Made by a program: the position numbers and the translations under genes
The notes under the pieces: model-generated
What the model was told of the DNA's origin: nothing
Database searches by the model: none
Seen by the model: only the letters and a program-made list of their open reading frames with translations
Part shown: positions 24,201 to 36,861 of the stretch, piece after piece
How the letters are laid out: the number at the start of each line of letters is the position of its first letter
How positions within the stretch are numbered: the first letter of the stretch is position 1
Assembly: GCA_002269645.1 (NCBI GenBank)
Contig: NIVC01002900.1
Location: forward strand, 1,117-65,116
Reading direction: 5' to 3'
Source: Macrostomum lignano
Taxonomy: Eukaryota
DNA: 64,000 nucleotides

Positions 24201-25167
24201 CTACGAAAAAAGAACTCTGCAGCATTAAATACTTGTTTGAAAAAAACCTTGAAACCATGCAGAAAAAAATGGCGAAACTGTGCTGCGAAGGCGTCCTATA
24301 TGACAATACGGATGAGCAAAGACGTCTGAGAATCGAAATCGAGCATGGAGTAGACAGGCGCGACTTAAGACTTCATGACCACATCATTCTGAACCGTACG
24401 GTAGATGAAAAAGTAAAAGAAGTTCATTTTATCCTAGTTGAGTGGAACGAGGAGACACACACTGGTGTCGGTGTGACGTACGAGTTTCCACCAGAACCTA
24501 CTGGAATTGGATTTATGAAGTTCAATGGATTTCTTCGAGTGAGCGGCCCTAATCAGATGGATAAGGTCGTTCACAACTCGGAGCCTGACTGGAATGAGAT
24601 TGATGACAGGTTCAACACCCTAAGGGGCATCAAGGAATACCACCTCTTGCGCAACAATTGCGAGCACTTTGTAAATTTTTTGATTTATGGCCGCGGTAGC
24701 TGCCTTCAGCTGAGCAAGCGGGTCTGGCAGATCGCCCACACGTTACCGAGCGCTATTCAAAACCTAGCTTCCTCCGTGACTCGAGTACTGCGAATGGCCG
24801 TCGCTGTAGTGCTGAGAGCGAATCCAACCATGGGAGAAGCATTTTCGTTTATTCCAGACATCCTCGCAGCCGAAGGTGGAAGCATCGCTTTGATCGGCAT
24901 TGTGAATTTTGTTGCCTGGCTACTGCTTCGACATCGCCGCGCAAACAGTGGGATGTCCCTTCAGGAGTACCAGGAGAGAAGGCTGGGCATCCTGTGCCGC
25001 GCACTTATTCCCATCGCGGGAGCATCGCAGTAGCACTCATCACATTCTTCAACCCTTTCTCGGCAGGCCTGACTGGCGCAGGTGTCGGTGTTGGTGTCAC
25101 GACCTTCGGAATTGCCTGTGCCATACCGAAGCTGCTGGTTATTATCAAGGCCTGGAGGCATCCGTAG
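20801..25167 (+). CDS. Large multi-LRAT (H-box/NC, permuted NlpC/P60) domain protein with hydrophobic C-terminus
   Basis: Removing 21041-21304 joins ORF 20801 in frame to the 1203-aa ORF. Repeated RAxSRLxE...NNxEHF/FVKWC motifs; intact NNCEHF at ~24653. A frameshift near 25017 extends it to GSIAVALITFF...GAGVGVG...KAWRHP* (25167). Confidence 0.8.
21041..21299. mobile_element. Solo-LTR-like insertion (259 bp) with internal (GA)n
   Basis: TGTAAC...CCACA termini; 5-bp TSD tacag at 21036-21040 and 21300-21304; removal restores the host reading frame. Confidence 0.78.
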
Positions 25168-26782
25168 GCTCGCTAACCCCATGCTTCCAAAGTAGTGACA
25201 AGTCGACTCAAGCTGAAACATCAAAAGCTGAAGACTAAAACAGTGCTGCCATTTGCCACTCATCTGCGAGATCAGTTTAACATTTTAAAACCGCAGCACG
25301 TTGTGATAAATAATCAGAGTCGATCAAAATAAGAACTATTTCTTATACAATAGCGAATCGTCCGGGCCTGACAGGCGTAGCTACTTAAACATACGCTACT
25401 AATAGTAGCGCACTCTAGTCTCCTTCGCTAAGTACATTGATTTATTTGTTTAATCCTAAATAATATCAAAATCACCATATTACTATTAGTACTAAATTAA
25501 TCATAAGTATACTAGATTAGCATATTTTTGAAAATGTACCCTGTCAGTTTGACAGACTTCCCGCCTCTTGCTTGTTCTGTGTACGACTTACCAGCCTGGA
25601 TTGTAGGTGATTTTTTGTTTCGTTATCATTCACTAATTTTGAATTCTATATCTTTTATCCAAAATTATTTTAATAATTAGTAGACTATAAATTTTAGTAA
25701 TCACTAACTTACAATGTGACAGCAATTGACTGAAATTTCAATGAAATAAATTGTATAATCCGCTAATTTTACCTGATAAATGAGGATTTGTAATCAGCTG
25801 ATTTGTGCTAGCCGTCTTAGGAACTCAAGAACCCTGCCTTGCTGTGGACATCACCCCAGCAAGGCAAACTATTTGCACATTCAGCACAATTAGTTTTGGT
25901 CATTGTTCCACAACATATAGTTATTACCCCATGTAGAAATGTCATAACGTGACTGCTTTTTATAATTATTATTTATTCTCGCCTCCCTGTCTTTGCATTT
26001 AGAACGAAAAATGGTGAAATAATGACGTCTGTGCTGGGCAAAGTACACACAGTACTCGTATTTTTTCTGCCATTATTCAAACTCTGCTACCATGCTAAAC
26101 AATCTGCCATTGCAAAGTACTCAGCGTAATTACCAATCAGGAGCGGCTCCTTGCTTTTGTCCTTGAACTCCAGAATCAGCGGCAGCGTCCTGTCTGCGTG
26201 ACTCAGGCGTCTGGTATAGTTGGTCATCCGCATGGCGTCCTCCAGTGGCTGTTTCTGCATTGGAAAGAGTGGCTGTTGTATTCTGGAAGTCCACAAGTAC
26301 AGCAAGTTGTCTCTGGCGGAGTGGCCCATGCTTCAATCTTATTACGCAAACGAATAAACTTCAAAAGTAGGCGACATTTGGTACCTGAAGTCGCTTCATA
26401 CCGGCCAAAAGTTCACAACGTCAGAATGAGCAAAATGTCGGCCCCTTGATTACTCAAAATGCCGACGCTTCGCATTGTCAAAATTTTGCATCTTCAAAGT
26501 TCCACAAAATCGAAACTTCGAAAGTCGTGCCCTTTTTGAACTATCGACGCTTATGAAGGGGCCGACATGCTCGCTTTTTCGACGATGCGAAAGAAAGTAT
26601 CATTCGACGTTATAGAATTTGGGGGTTATGATCAGGCGAGGCCCGGTACATCACTAGCCTACATAAGCCTTGTCAGATAACTTCACAGGCATTTAAAAAA
26701 TTATGAAACTACAAAAAACTATCAGTTTTACAAAGCTTAAAATTCTGAATCGTTGAATCTAGAAAGCGATAATACACCTGCT

Positions 26783-27069
26783 CCGATTGGGCCAGATGTG
26801 CAACTGACAGTTCAGCCGCAGCTATTGCGTGGCGCATCTGACGGCTGCATACGGCTATTCAGTCCACGGACTGGAGGTCGCCACACACACTCTCTCAATT
26901 ACCCCAGCTAATGCTGGCACCCATTTTACAGCAGGGTGAACTGAACTTCTGAGGCAATGCAAAGTTAAATGTCTTGCTTAAAGACACAAATTGTTCCAGT
27001 GAGATCGAGAATCGAACCGACGACCTACGAGTCGTGAGTCCGACGCTCTGACCACCAAGCTACAACCCC
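26783..27069 (-). mobile_element. tRNA-derived SINE
   Basis: A-box-like tagcttggtgg and B-box ggttcgattc followed by a body (gtgtcttta...gtaaaatgggtgc) shared with the copy at 62310. Confidence 0.8.
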
Positions 27070-29323
27070 CTAAGGCATAGAATTTGGAGGTTTTGAGGCG
27101 ACACCCGGTACTTCACTGGCCTGAACAAGCCTCAAACGAGTTCACACAGTCACAGGTATTGAAGATTTATGAAACTGCAGAAAAATATCATTCAAACAAA
27201 GCTTAAAACCTCTGAATCTTTGAATCTAGGAATAAAGCATATTCCACAAACCAAATATAATACTGGCTCGACCCGAGGATCCCAAGCTGACCGTATTTGC
27301 GTCCCGAAGCTGAATCTCCCGACGAGGAATGCGAAGCCTCTCAGCAATCTTCAGCTTCAGATTGCCAACGTAGAACCAATTGCACAACTCGGAAATGCGA
27401 AAGTCGCTTGTTGGTGCAGCCATGGTCAATTTTAAATTGAATTGCAAAGCAGAACTAATTTATTGAAGCTGACTATTGGAATGAATTATATGCTCGTATG
27501 TTGAGATGTGTCGATTTGTAAGAAAAACGTATTTGGAGCGTTTTAGAAATATATCGCTACGCATCGATCTTAATAGACGAGCTATATCTGATACAAGTAT
27601 GTGGATTTTGTCAATATCTTCGACATGTATGCATAACTTCTAATTTAAAGGGCAAGTAAATTTTAAACCGACTATGAAAGATGGTGCCGGGTGGGGGCAT
27701 AGACATGAAATGCAACTTTCTGAATGAAAATCACTTGAGGGAACATCCGGACCTTATTGTTCCTCTTTCTTTCTAAAAATTCTGAATCTATTAACAGTCC
27801 CGATTTTTTACGAATAACGATTGCCAATTTGTTATACCAAATCTTAGAGCTGTACTCGTACAGTAGAAAATATTGCTATAAAAGACCGCAAGGACACGTA
27901 CCGATTCAATGAAATTTTTGAAGGGTTTCGAAACATTATTCATGGAACTGAAAAAAGGATTGTGATGTACGCAATGCTTACATGTGTAGTAACGTTAGAT
28001 TTAATGCCAATTTTCCAATTTTTATTGTTTGTTTTTTTATCGAAAAGCCTGACCAAAACTTTTTTGTTGCCCTTTGTTGCTATACATGCTACCATGTGAC
28101 TCTGTCATAGCAGTTTACCTTGGTGTATCCCCCCCGTAGAAAATTCACCTTGGACGTGTATCCCCCCCCCCCCCGTAGAAAATTCCTGGCGACGCCCCTG
28201 TTGCTGTCATGCTATATGTCCACTTTGTAATTTGAATAATTGGTGCATGTGAAATAATAACATTGCAGATGCACTGTTAAGAACGTATAATAGCATATTG
28301 TGGTGGCCCTGCTGGTCTGCGATTCGTGCAGTACAGATGCACCAGAAACAATCCCAACCCAACTATAAAGCTTGAAGGGGGGTGCACGCAGCCCAATGAC
28401 TGATCACGCCATCAATTACTAGCTGCAGACAGCACCTCCCCCGGCCACACTGTCTGGCTACAGAATAGATAGAATCTGCGTTCGGCGTACGCTGCGGCCT
28501 GGGCACGGAGTCCAACGTCGCGCTCTTCGCGCTAGGGTGGCCACGTCATCCTGACGTGGAGAGTCGGAGAGTCGGAGAATCGCTGCGCCGCGAGAGCCGT
28601 TACACGACCTGCTGTTGTGGACGGCGCAGGATCCGCGGAGACGAGACCATAGGGCGAACGATGCGCTACACCGAGCTTCTTATGAGGGATGCGAGAGCCC
28701 GCCGCTCTGATTGCAGGGCTCGGTGGAAAAGCAATAGTGGGCCCAGGGCGGGCCGCTAGCGATTGCTGCTAGACAAGCGACTTTTCATTTTTTTGGTTAT
28801 AACCTTTTTTACAACAAAAGAATCAACTCATTGACGTGGTTCTGCATACATGTAGTTCTTCTCAAACCTTTTAGTGGGCTCAGTAAAATGGTTTTCGAAA
28901 GAATAAATCAAGTAGCAAATGAGTGGCATGCCGCCCCTTTAGTTATATTTGGGTGGCATTACCGGCTACCACTGGCGGGCCACAATGGCGGGCCGCTAGC
29001 ATTTCGTGGCGCAACCCGCCAGTGGTCCACCCATGATGCCGACAGCGACAACGCTTGTGGGCCGCCAACTTTTTTCCCACCGGGGGGAGCTGAATTTTGA
29101 GATGTGCGGCCCACAGGCGTGTTCTGACACCTCTCCCTCTGTGGGTGCGAGGTGTATTTTGTTGTTGTTACGAATACGTGTAATATTGCAAATAATCACA
29201 CCACTTCTAACAATTCAACTTTGGCCTCGCCCCATTCCATGTGCGAGTCGCTAAAATATAAAAAATCTTTTTTTAACACGTAAAATGTCAAAACATTTCA
29301 GAAGTTTTTAATTTCTAACTTAG

Positions 29324-31707
29324 AACACAACAACAAACTACAGCAACCCTGGGCAAGCCAAATTGGGTTGCTGTCAAATGGCGCGCGCAAGCGCAGATTT
29401 GCGCAGAATAGCGAGTCCGCGGGGGTCGGAGATTTGATCGTCTCTTAAAATCAGGTCGACGAAACGCAGACTACTCGCCTGACCAAGCCGCCGCGGCACG
29501 TCTTGCAGCAGCAGCAGCACGTCTTGAAGCGGCTCAGGGCAGTACTGCTCTGCCCGGATGACGTGGCCGGCCAGCTGTAGGCGCCGGATGCGCAGCAACT
29601 GGCTGGGTCGGGAGAGCTTAGCCCGTCGGTATAACTCGTCATTACTGGTGTTGGTGGTGGCGGTCGGCGAGTATTGGACACCGAAGGCGGCTTTCAGGAG
29701 TCCAGCGTGAACGGCGTCGAGTTGCCGCTCCTGCGGGCCGGTCAGTGTCCATATTTCAGCGTTGTAAAGGAGGACGGTTTCAATGACGGCCTGGAACAGC
29801 CGCCCTCTCAGCCGATCCGGCAGCGCGGGGCTCTGCAGGACAGTCCGCACGGTGCGGAATGCGCCCCAGGCAAGCGCCCTGCGCCGTGCCATGTCCTCCG
29901 TGATGCTTGGCACCAGACCACCGAGGTAGACGAACTCTTTGCAGCGGGGCAGCAACGCCACCTGCCCGTTCGTGCAGCGGCAGTAGATCTCAGCTGGGAG
30001 GTCCGTCGGCACGGTCAGCACCATTGTCTTTTTGGTATTCACGGACAGTCCGATCGCAGCGGCCGCCGCCGTCAGCTGGTCTAGCAGGCGTTGAGCTCCT
30101 TCAGCTGTTGCTAGACAGCAGCGCTAGATCGTCCGCGTACGCTACGACGGAGAGTCGCTTCTCGGGGTGCCGCCTGCTTGTTCTGCGGCAGAGCAAGAAT
30201 CCTTTGGAGTCTTCAGGGAAGCCAGTGCGCAGTACCCAATCCAGGACCAGGACTAATAGAAAAGGAGTTAGGGTGTCCCCTTGGAGAACGCCGGAGAACG
30301 AAGAAGAAGAAGAAGAAAAGGATAATACACTAGTGTGCTTGTGGTGGATTTACTGTTGCGGTGTTCTTTTAATTCAATTGTTTTAAGTTCTTCTAAATCG
30401 TTGTCTTATTTCACAATAATTTAATCCTGGACATGGTTGTTGGTTGTACATTTGTTGGATCAGAGAACTGAGTCTGGTGGATGTGTATCTCATTCCGAGG
30501 GGAAATCAAGTAAACTAGATATACTAGAGGCTCACCATAACTACATGTAGGCTCATATACATTACCACTGCAATGCACTAACATGCTAGGAATGACATGG
30601 GATCTTTAACTCGATGGTTTCAATTCGTGTCATGTCGTTTTCCCATTCACCTTTTCTTTTTCCTGTAATACCGAATTGTACATGTACAGTACAAGTCTAT
30701 AGAAAGTAAAAGTGGGACCTACATGTAGTCAATCTGTAATAAGCAATATAAGCTTTAATAATAAGCTAAATAGAAAGTATAGTGCAAAGCTACTCGGCAT
30801 TACCGCGGTCAGCCGACCTCGGCCCGAGGTGGTCGGCCCGAGCTAGAACCGCCGTCAACCCGCCGAGCTCTGCCCGATCTCGGCGGACCGAGCTCGGGCC
30901 GAGCTCGGCTTTGCCACTCGCGAGTACCAGTACAGTGTCGCGTTGAGCGGTCTTCTCCAGCTGCGCTGACAGGAACTCCAAAAACTGTCGGTGCTCCTCA
31001 GGGCGCGCAGCCGTGGGCGCATAGGCACAGAAGAGCCGCATGTTACGCTTGCGGAGTCGGATGTCGACGCGCAGAAGCCGCGGCGAGAGGCTTCTCAAAG
31101 CGTGTACTTTGCTGAAGCCTCGGCCCGGTTAGAACGCCAATTCCTCCCAGACCTTTCGAGTCTGCTGATGTGTAATGCAGCAGCCAGCCACCGCCTACTA
31201 GGTGCTCCTTGTGAAGCCCAGGTTCGGCCGTGATGGAGAGCTCCTGCAGCATAATTATATCAAGTTGTAGGTCACCTGCAAGCTGGGCCAAAAGATGTTG
31301 TCTCCACTTTGCTCGCAAAGTTCGGCAGTTCCAGGTAGCAATTCTGAGCTGTTGCTGTGCGCATTTTGGTTCGGCTGGGGTCCGGTGATTTTGAACCTCA
31401 CGGTCCCTGGCGCCACCCAAGCGGATCTGCACCACCAGTTGGCAGGGGCCGGCTGCCTGTGGCTCGTCGCTCGCGTCCCCGAAGTCGGCCACGGCGATTT
31501 CGCTCACGGCGGCGCCGTTCTTTGCGTCGACGCTCACTTCAGCAGCCCCGCCGAGTGGATGGTGTACCGCTCTTGGCAGCCGCAGCAGAAGCGCGCGGCT
31601 CTCCGTTGAGGCCTTGGAACGCACCGCTAGCATGCTTGACGGCGGCACCAGGAGGCGGTGGCACTATTTAAAGGCTCAGCGTTTAAATATTTATACTATA
31701 TTTATAA
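29324..31707 (-). mobile_element. RTE-clade LINE with internal deletion/replacement
   Basis: 11-bp TSD ttctaacttag (29313-29323 and 31708-31718); APE N-terminus IATWNCRTL...QEL at ~30900-31360; RT C-half GVLQGDTL...YADDL at 29374-30290; (TTG)n tail; ~600 bp of unrelated DNA between the two halves. Confidence 0.85.
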
Positions 31708-33529
31708 TTCTAACTTAGTATTGACAAGAAGTTAAAGAACTAGCAAGTATAAAACACAGGGATATACGTGCTATAAAGTTGTAATTATTGAATTGGAACA
31801 GCCAAGAAAAAAGTGAAAAATCGTGCAAAGTGAGGCTGTTAAGGCAGTCAAAATTCAACAAAGTTAAATAGTTATAAATTACTGCTTTTTGTCTGGGAAG
31901 ATCGGAAGTGATTCTGGTTCTGGAATCGCGCGGTAATATGAAAGGCTAGTTGAAAAACGGCATGCGTGAACCATGTAATTTACGAGCGTACTTGTAATTC
32001 CAAGAAACAAGTTCCCACTACGGTTCACTAATTATCTTACTAGCTAGAGGCCAGAGGCTAGGTCTAGGATAGGTTTAATTCTACTTTTTTTGCTCTGTTA
32101 CTCCAATAGGATGATGCCTATATAGTCTATATGTGGTGTAGATTTACTAGTCAAGTTATCTATTATAGAGATAGGCCTAGGCTAATATAAAGCAATTTTG
32201 TGCTCATGTACTACAGAACATAATAAGCTATTATAAGCAATAAGCATTAAACTGCATATGGTGGCTGTGGGTAGAAAATGCATCTATTCTACAATTTCAA
32301 GGTTGTAAATTGTTTGACTTGCTCTGCATCGCCTATAACTATAGGCCTAATGACTTATGACATCATAAAAAAATTGAATCATTTGCAATTAAGATTTATA
32401 AACTTTAATCATTATTACTTTATAGTTTATACTTACTTAGCCATTCATTGTCATGAAATTCATTGTCAAAGATCTTATTATGGGCATTGAAACTCTGGGT
32501 CTAGATTAAAATGGCCAAAGCAAAATGCTACTAGGATAATTGCTAATAGGATTAGGACAGGAATCTTAAGTTTAACATGTCATTTAACTTATTATCCATC
32601 AAAATATCAAAGTTATTTTTATAACGTTTGCCTTTCCTTTAGCTTTATTAATATAAACCAACAAAGAAAATATATTTGCCTAGCTACTATTGTGATTTAG
32701 AATTTGATTTTATTTTAGCTATTAAAAGGAAATACTTTATTATGCAAAATGAATAGGCCTATTTAATTCATTAGCATTAAGGGCTATCCTATAGTTTCGC
32801 ACATTAAATTATTTTAAGGAATTATTTCGCCCTCTATTCAAGGGTGGTAGGGGGTGGGGGTTATAATTAAACGTGCGAAACTACAGGATAGCCGCATTAA
32901 GCTAGGCCATATAAATTTGGTCTTTTACATATGGAACTATAGTAATATACTATAGATTGGCCTATAGGCCTAGATATCTTGAGGTATTTAATTTAGCTTA
33001 GGCTAAAAGATTAGATTTAGTTTAAATCAAGTCAAGCATTGCTTTCCTATTAGAAAAAAGTTGTTAAATGGTAGATTTCTGTCCAGTGCATTTTCAAAAG
33101 GACTTTATAGTGTGGTGCATTTTCTGTAAGTTACTACTTGGAATGTATATCAAAACAACCATATATAAAATGCCCTAAGTGTCAAAAGTTGCCATGCTTT
33201 GTGTGGTCTTCTATTGTCATAATTACAAGAAGGTAGTGATGGATCGAAATTCGATATTCGATTTCGATATTCCAAATTTCAAAACTAATTTTGCATCGAA
33301 ATAATTTCAATTTCGATTTTGAATTTCAACACCATTCATCAAAAATCATTTCGAAATTTTGGTTATATTTTAACAATTTAGACATTGATGATCATGCTAC
33401 ACAAGTAAGAAAATCTATAGGAAGTGAAAGGAAGTGCGGTTCAAAGACTCAGTGGGGAGGTGAGAATCGCCTTTTCTACAAGAAAGATTGTGCGGGGCAC
33501 ACACTGTTCCAGGCCTTGTGCTGCACCCA

Positions 33530-33739
33530 CCTCAACCTCCACAAGCCCACTGGCTGAACTCATCGACCTGGATTTTAATTGGCTAAAGACTTAAAGCCTT
33601 AATGAAATGGACTACTCGTATCTAGATCTTCAGCTTAAACAGCAGTGAAGAATAATACAACTTCTACTATATTTCTATGTACGAGTGTATAATACATAAT
33701 ACATCAGCATTTTCTATTTTGTATTTTTAAAGTAAGTTA
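33530..33739. repeat. 210-bp direct repeat, second copy at 35931-36140
   Basis: Near-identical copies (few substitutions) flank the YR element. Confidence 0.95.
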
Positions 33740-35830
33740 GTGGAACGGCCGGAGGGAGAGAGCAAAGGCAAGATTGGAGAGCACAAGCAAAACATCCTAC
33801 CACCGACCCTGTATGGGCAACTTACAAGACACGAGTATATTTGGAAAGCATTCGAAAAACTATTTGGAAGATTAAAAGGTAAACAAAGCAAAAGGAAAAA
33901 AAGAAGTTGCAGGAATTGCGAGAAAGAGGGCCAAAAGCAGAAAAAAATGCATGCAAGCTGGTGAGGAGAGATAGGCTGAGGCGGGCACAACACACAGGCT
34001 AAAAAGGCCCCACAGACACCCACCCCCCCCCCCAGGGGCGGCATACCCACCCCCGGACCAAGCACCCCCAAACACGGGCGACAACAAGCCCCCCCCCCCG
34101 GCCCCACTAACAGCGATTGGCCAGCCAATCTACACTTAGCGGAACGGCCAGAGGGAGAGAGCAAAGGCAAGATTGGAGAGCATGAGCAAAACATCCCAAA
34201 AACCTGAACAAAGGGATTTAAAAGTAGGGTACACGGCGACGGGGCGAGTCAGGCGAGCGCTAGGAGGTGCCAACAGCACACGGTTGACCATTGGGCGCAG
34301 GAGACGGAGGCAACCTCCCGACTGCGGCTGCGGCAGGTAGCGTGAAATGGCAATGCTGCGCCAGCCGCCCAGCCGCTTGATCTGCTCCATGTTGAGGCCG
34401 CTGTCGAACGCCAGACAGGCGCCACCCCGTCGTAGAGAGTGGCCTGAGAAAGCTGTCACCGCCCAACCCGCATCTGTCAGAGCCCGAGCAAGGCGGCGGT
34501 CGAATTGACGCGATGACATCGGGCACCAGCTTCCGGCGATGTGGACGCAAAACAGCCGAGTGAGCGCCGGCGCAGACCGCAGCTTGTTAGCCTAAAAATG
34601 CCGCCGCAGGGCTTGGACAGGACATAGTGGGTGGCTTCCGAGCGCTGGCAGCACCGCCTCCTGGTAGTGTTGTCCGCATTGGTTGGTCTTCGACTGTCGA
34701 ACTCGGAGTCTGCAGCACTGACTATCGGCCTGAGTGTCGCCGACGAGAATGGAGTGGCGCCCGCAGACATTTGCTTTCCTGAGAAGCGCCCAGAAGCAGC
34801 AGAGCACGGCGGCCCAAAAGGCGGCGTCTGCAGGGTCTCTTGGGTTCACCTGGTTTGCCAGTGAAAGCAGAACAGCCGGGTGATGGGGTCTTTCTGCTTG
34901 ACTGAATGGCCGCTTGTCCGTTTGGCGCTCTTAACTGCCAGATCGATCAGGCCGGACTTGGTGATGTCGGGGAGTTGCGCCAGCTTGAAGCTCCAGCTGA
35001 TGGCCGCCAGGTGTCCACCGAGGCTACCGGGTGCCACGCCGCGCTTAGTCAGGCGTCGCACATACTCGACCAAGTGCACCGGGGACGCCGCTAGTGGCTG
35101 AACACCTTCGAGGTTGCAGAAGCGCTGCCACTGTTCGAGGTTTGAAGCGTACGATGCCCTCGTACTAGGAGCCCAGGCGTCGGCGAGAAAGCGAAGGAGC
35201 GGCCCGGGTAGGCGGGAGGCAGGAGGCGCCGGACCTGCAAAAGCAAAAGGAAGACGGAGGCAGGGCAGAGTGCGTGGCGCGAGATGCAGCAGGATTCAGC
35301 AGCTAAATCATGCAGGCTACGGTAGAAGCGGAGAAAGAAATTTTGCGCCCCGCTTCTAGAAGCAAGGCGAGAGGCCGGGTCCGCCAGGACCTGGAAGGCG
35401 CCTGGAACGTGAAAGGCCCGCAGCCGCAGACCCCACGCGTCGCAGGCAAGCGACAGCGTGTGCAGGAGCCGGTTGACGTCGTTACATGGCGAGCTGAGCT
35501 TGTTCAGCGCACCGACAGCCGCCGAGCTGTCGCTGTACACGACGATGCCCGCACCGGCGAAGCGGCCCGGGGCCGCGAGGATGCTGAGGACAGGCGTGAT
35601 GGTCTCCTTAATGTTGATGTGGGCCGAAGCAAACTCCTCCACCTCAACCTTGTGGCGGCCAGACTACGCGACCGGCGGGGCGCACTGACAATGCAGCCGC
35701 ACTGGAAACCCCCCGCCAACCTCTGTCTAGCTGAGGTGGGGTGGTGGCGCACCGCGCTAGCCGGCTCGCTAAGCCAGGGGGGTTGGCGTAGCCAATCACG
35801 CCACGCCACATGTGCGCACCTCCCTTGGCC
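33740..35830 (-). mobile_element. Ngaro/PAT-like tyrosine-recombinase retrotransposon, 3' half
   Basis: DIRS-type RNase H (HINIKE...YSDS...HVPG...LADPASR); YR motifs WAPSTRASY, FWAAVLCCFWALLRKAN, FSGHSLRRGGA...GGWRS; split direct repeat B1 ~34136-34196 and B2 ~33737-33797. Confidence 0.85.
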
Positions 35831-36569
35831 CCTCAATAATCTCTCGCTGTTTTCACTAATATAAATATACGCGCAAAGCAGCGCAAAATCTTCGCTGCCA
35901 TTCCATCTATTGAAATAAAAAGGCCTTCCGCCTCAACCTCCACAAGCCCACTGGCTGAACTCATCGGCCTGGATTTTAATTGGCTAAAGACTTAAAGCCT
36001 TAATGAGATGGACTACTCGTATCTAGATCTTCAGCTTAAACAGCGGTGAAGTATAATACAACTTCTACTATATTTCTATGTACGAGTGTATAATACATAA
36101 TACATCAGCATTTTCTATTTCGTATTTTTAAAGTAAGTTAAATCGTAAACATATCAAAGATACTTTTTATAAAACATGTAAGCTCATACATGCAGAGGCA
36201 AGGTGTTAACCTTTTTGCATGATTAGCGAAAAAGTAAAAATTTGTTAAGCTCAAAAATTTCGATTTCGATTTCAATTTCGATTTGAAAAATAATTTCGAT
36301 CCATCACTACAAAAAAGTCTTTTATTGTTGCAATACTTCCTAGGCCATAGGGTACACTTGGTACCCCTAACCCTTTGATGTGGTCTATGTACTTTGGAGA
36401 TTGACCCCTTGGTGTATTTTTGCAGGAACCTTAGTGTATATTTGTGCATTTTTAGAATTTACGAGGCCAACTCCTCTGTTGGATGAGAAAGGTGAAGAAC
36501 TCCCATCAGCGCAAAATTCCATTCCCTGAAATTCATTAGCTGAATTCTATGACCCAAATCCCATCATCC

Positions 36570-36730
36570 AAATCCTTTCCAAAATCTATCAAAATCCTTT
36601 CCATGAAACAGAAATCCCTCAAAATCTTCTCCATGAAATAGAAATCCCTTAAAATCCTTTCCATGAAATAGAAATCCCCCAAAATCCTCTCTGTAAAATA
36701 GATATTCATCAAATTTCTTTCTGTGAAACA
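36570..36730. repeat. Degenerate 30-bp minisatellite (aaatccctcaaaatcctttccatgaaatag-like)
   Basis: About 5 tandem diverged units. Confidence 0.8.
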
Positions 36731-36861
36731 AAACTCTATCAACATTATCTCCTTCAAGTTGTAATTCATCAATTTAATCAATAGACTATTGAATTGAAGT
36801 GTATAAAAAGGGGATTCAGTGGTTAGGGTTAAAGTTAGAGCTGCCTGTTGAATAGTGCCAA

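Larger units (their letters stand above)
33234..36309. mobile_element. hAT-type MITE (TAGTGATGGATCGAAATT TIRs) hosting a YR retrotransposon
   Basis: 19-bp TIR match; subterminal ttcgat repeats; degenerate 8-bp TSD caagaagg/caaaaaag. Confidence 0.7.

Noticed and set aside
26137-26329. Coding-like minus-strand segment ending in a donor-like gtaatt
   Set aside because: No recognisable family and no phase-compatible downstream exon found
26990-27069. tRNA gene (also at 62310-62380)
   Set aside because: The cloverleaf is degenerate and continues into a shared SINE body; called as SINE heads
28185-28200. Lone hAT-like terminus cctggcgacgcccctg
   Set aside because: No matching left TIR or TSD found
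28300-29100. GC-richer non-coding island with small hairpins (ccactggcggg/cccgccagtgg)
   Set aside because: Could not be assigned to an element, RNA or exon; no ribozyme fold found
31560-31707. HDV-like ribozyme in the RTE 5' UTR
   Set aside because: Only a simple hairpin could be drawn; P1/P3/P1.1 are not satisfiable
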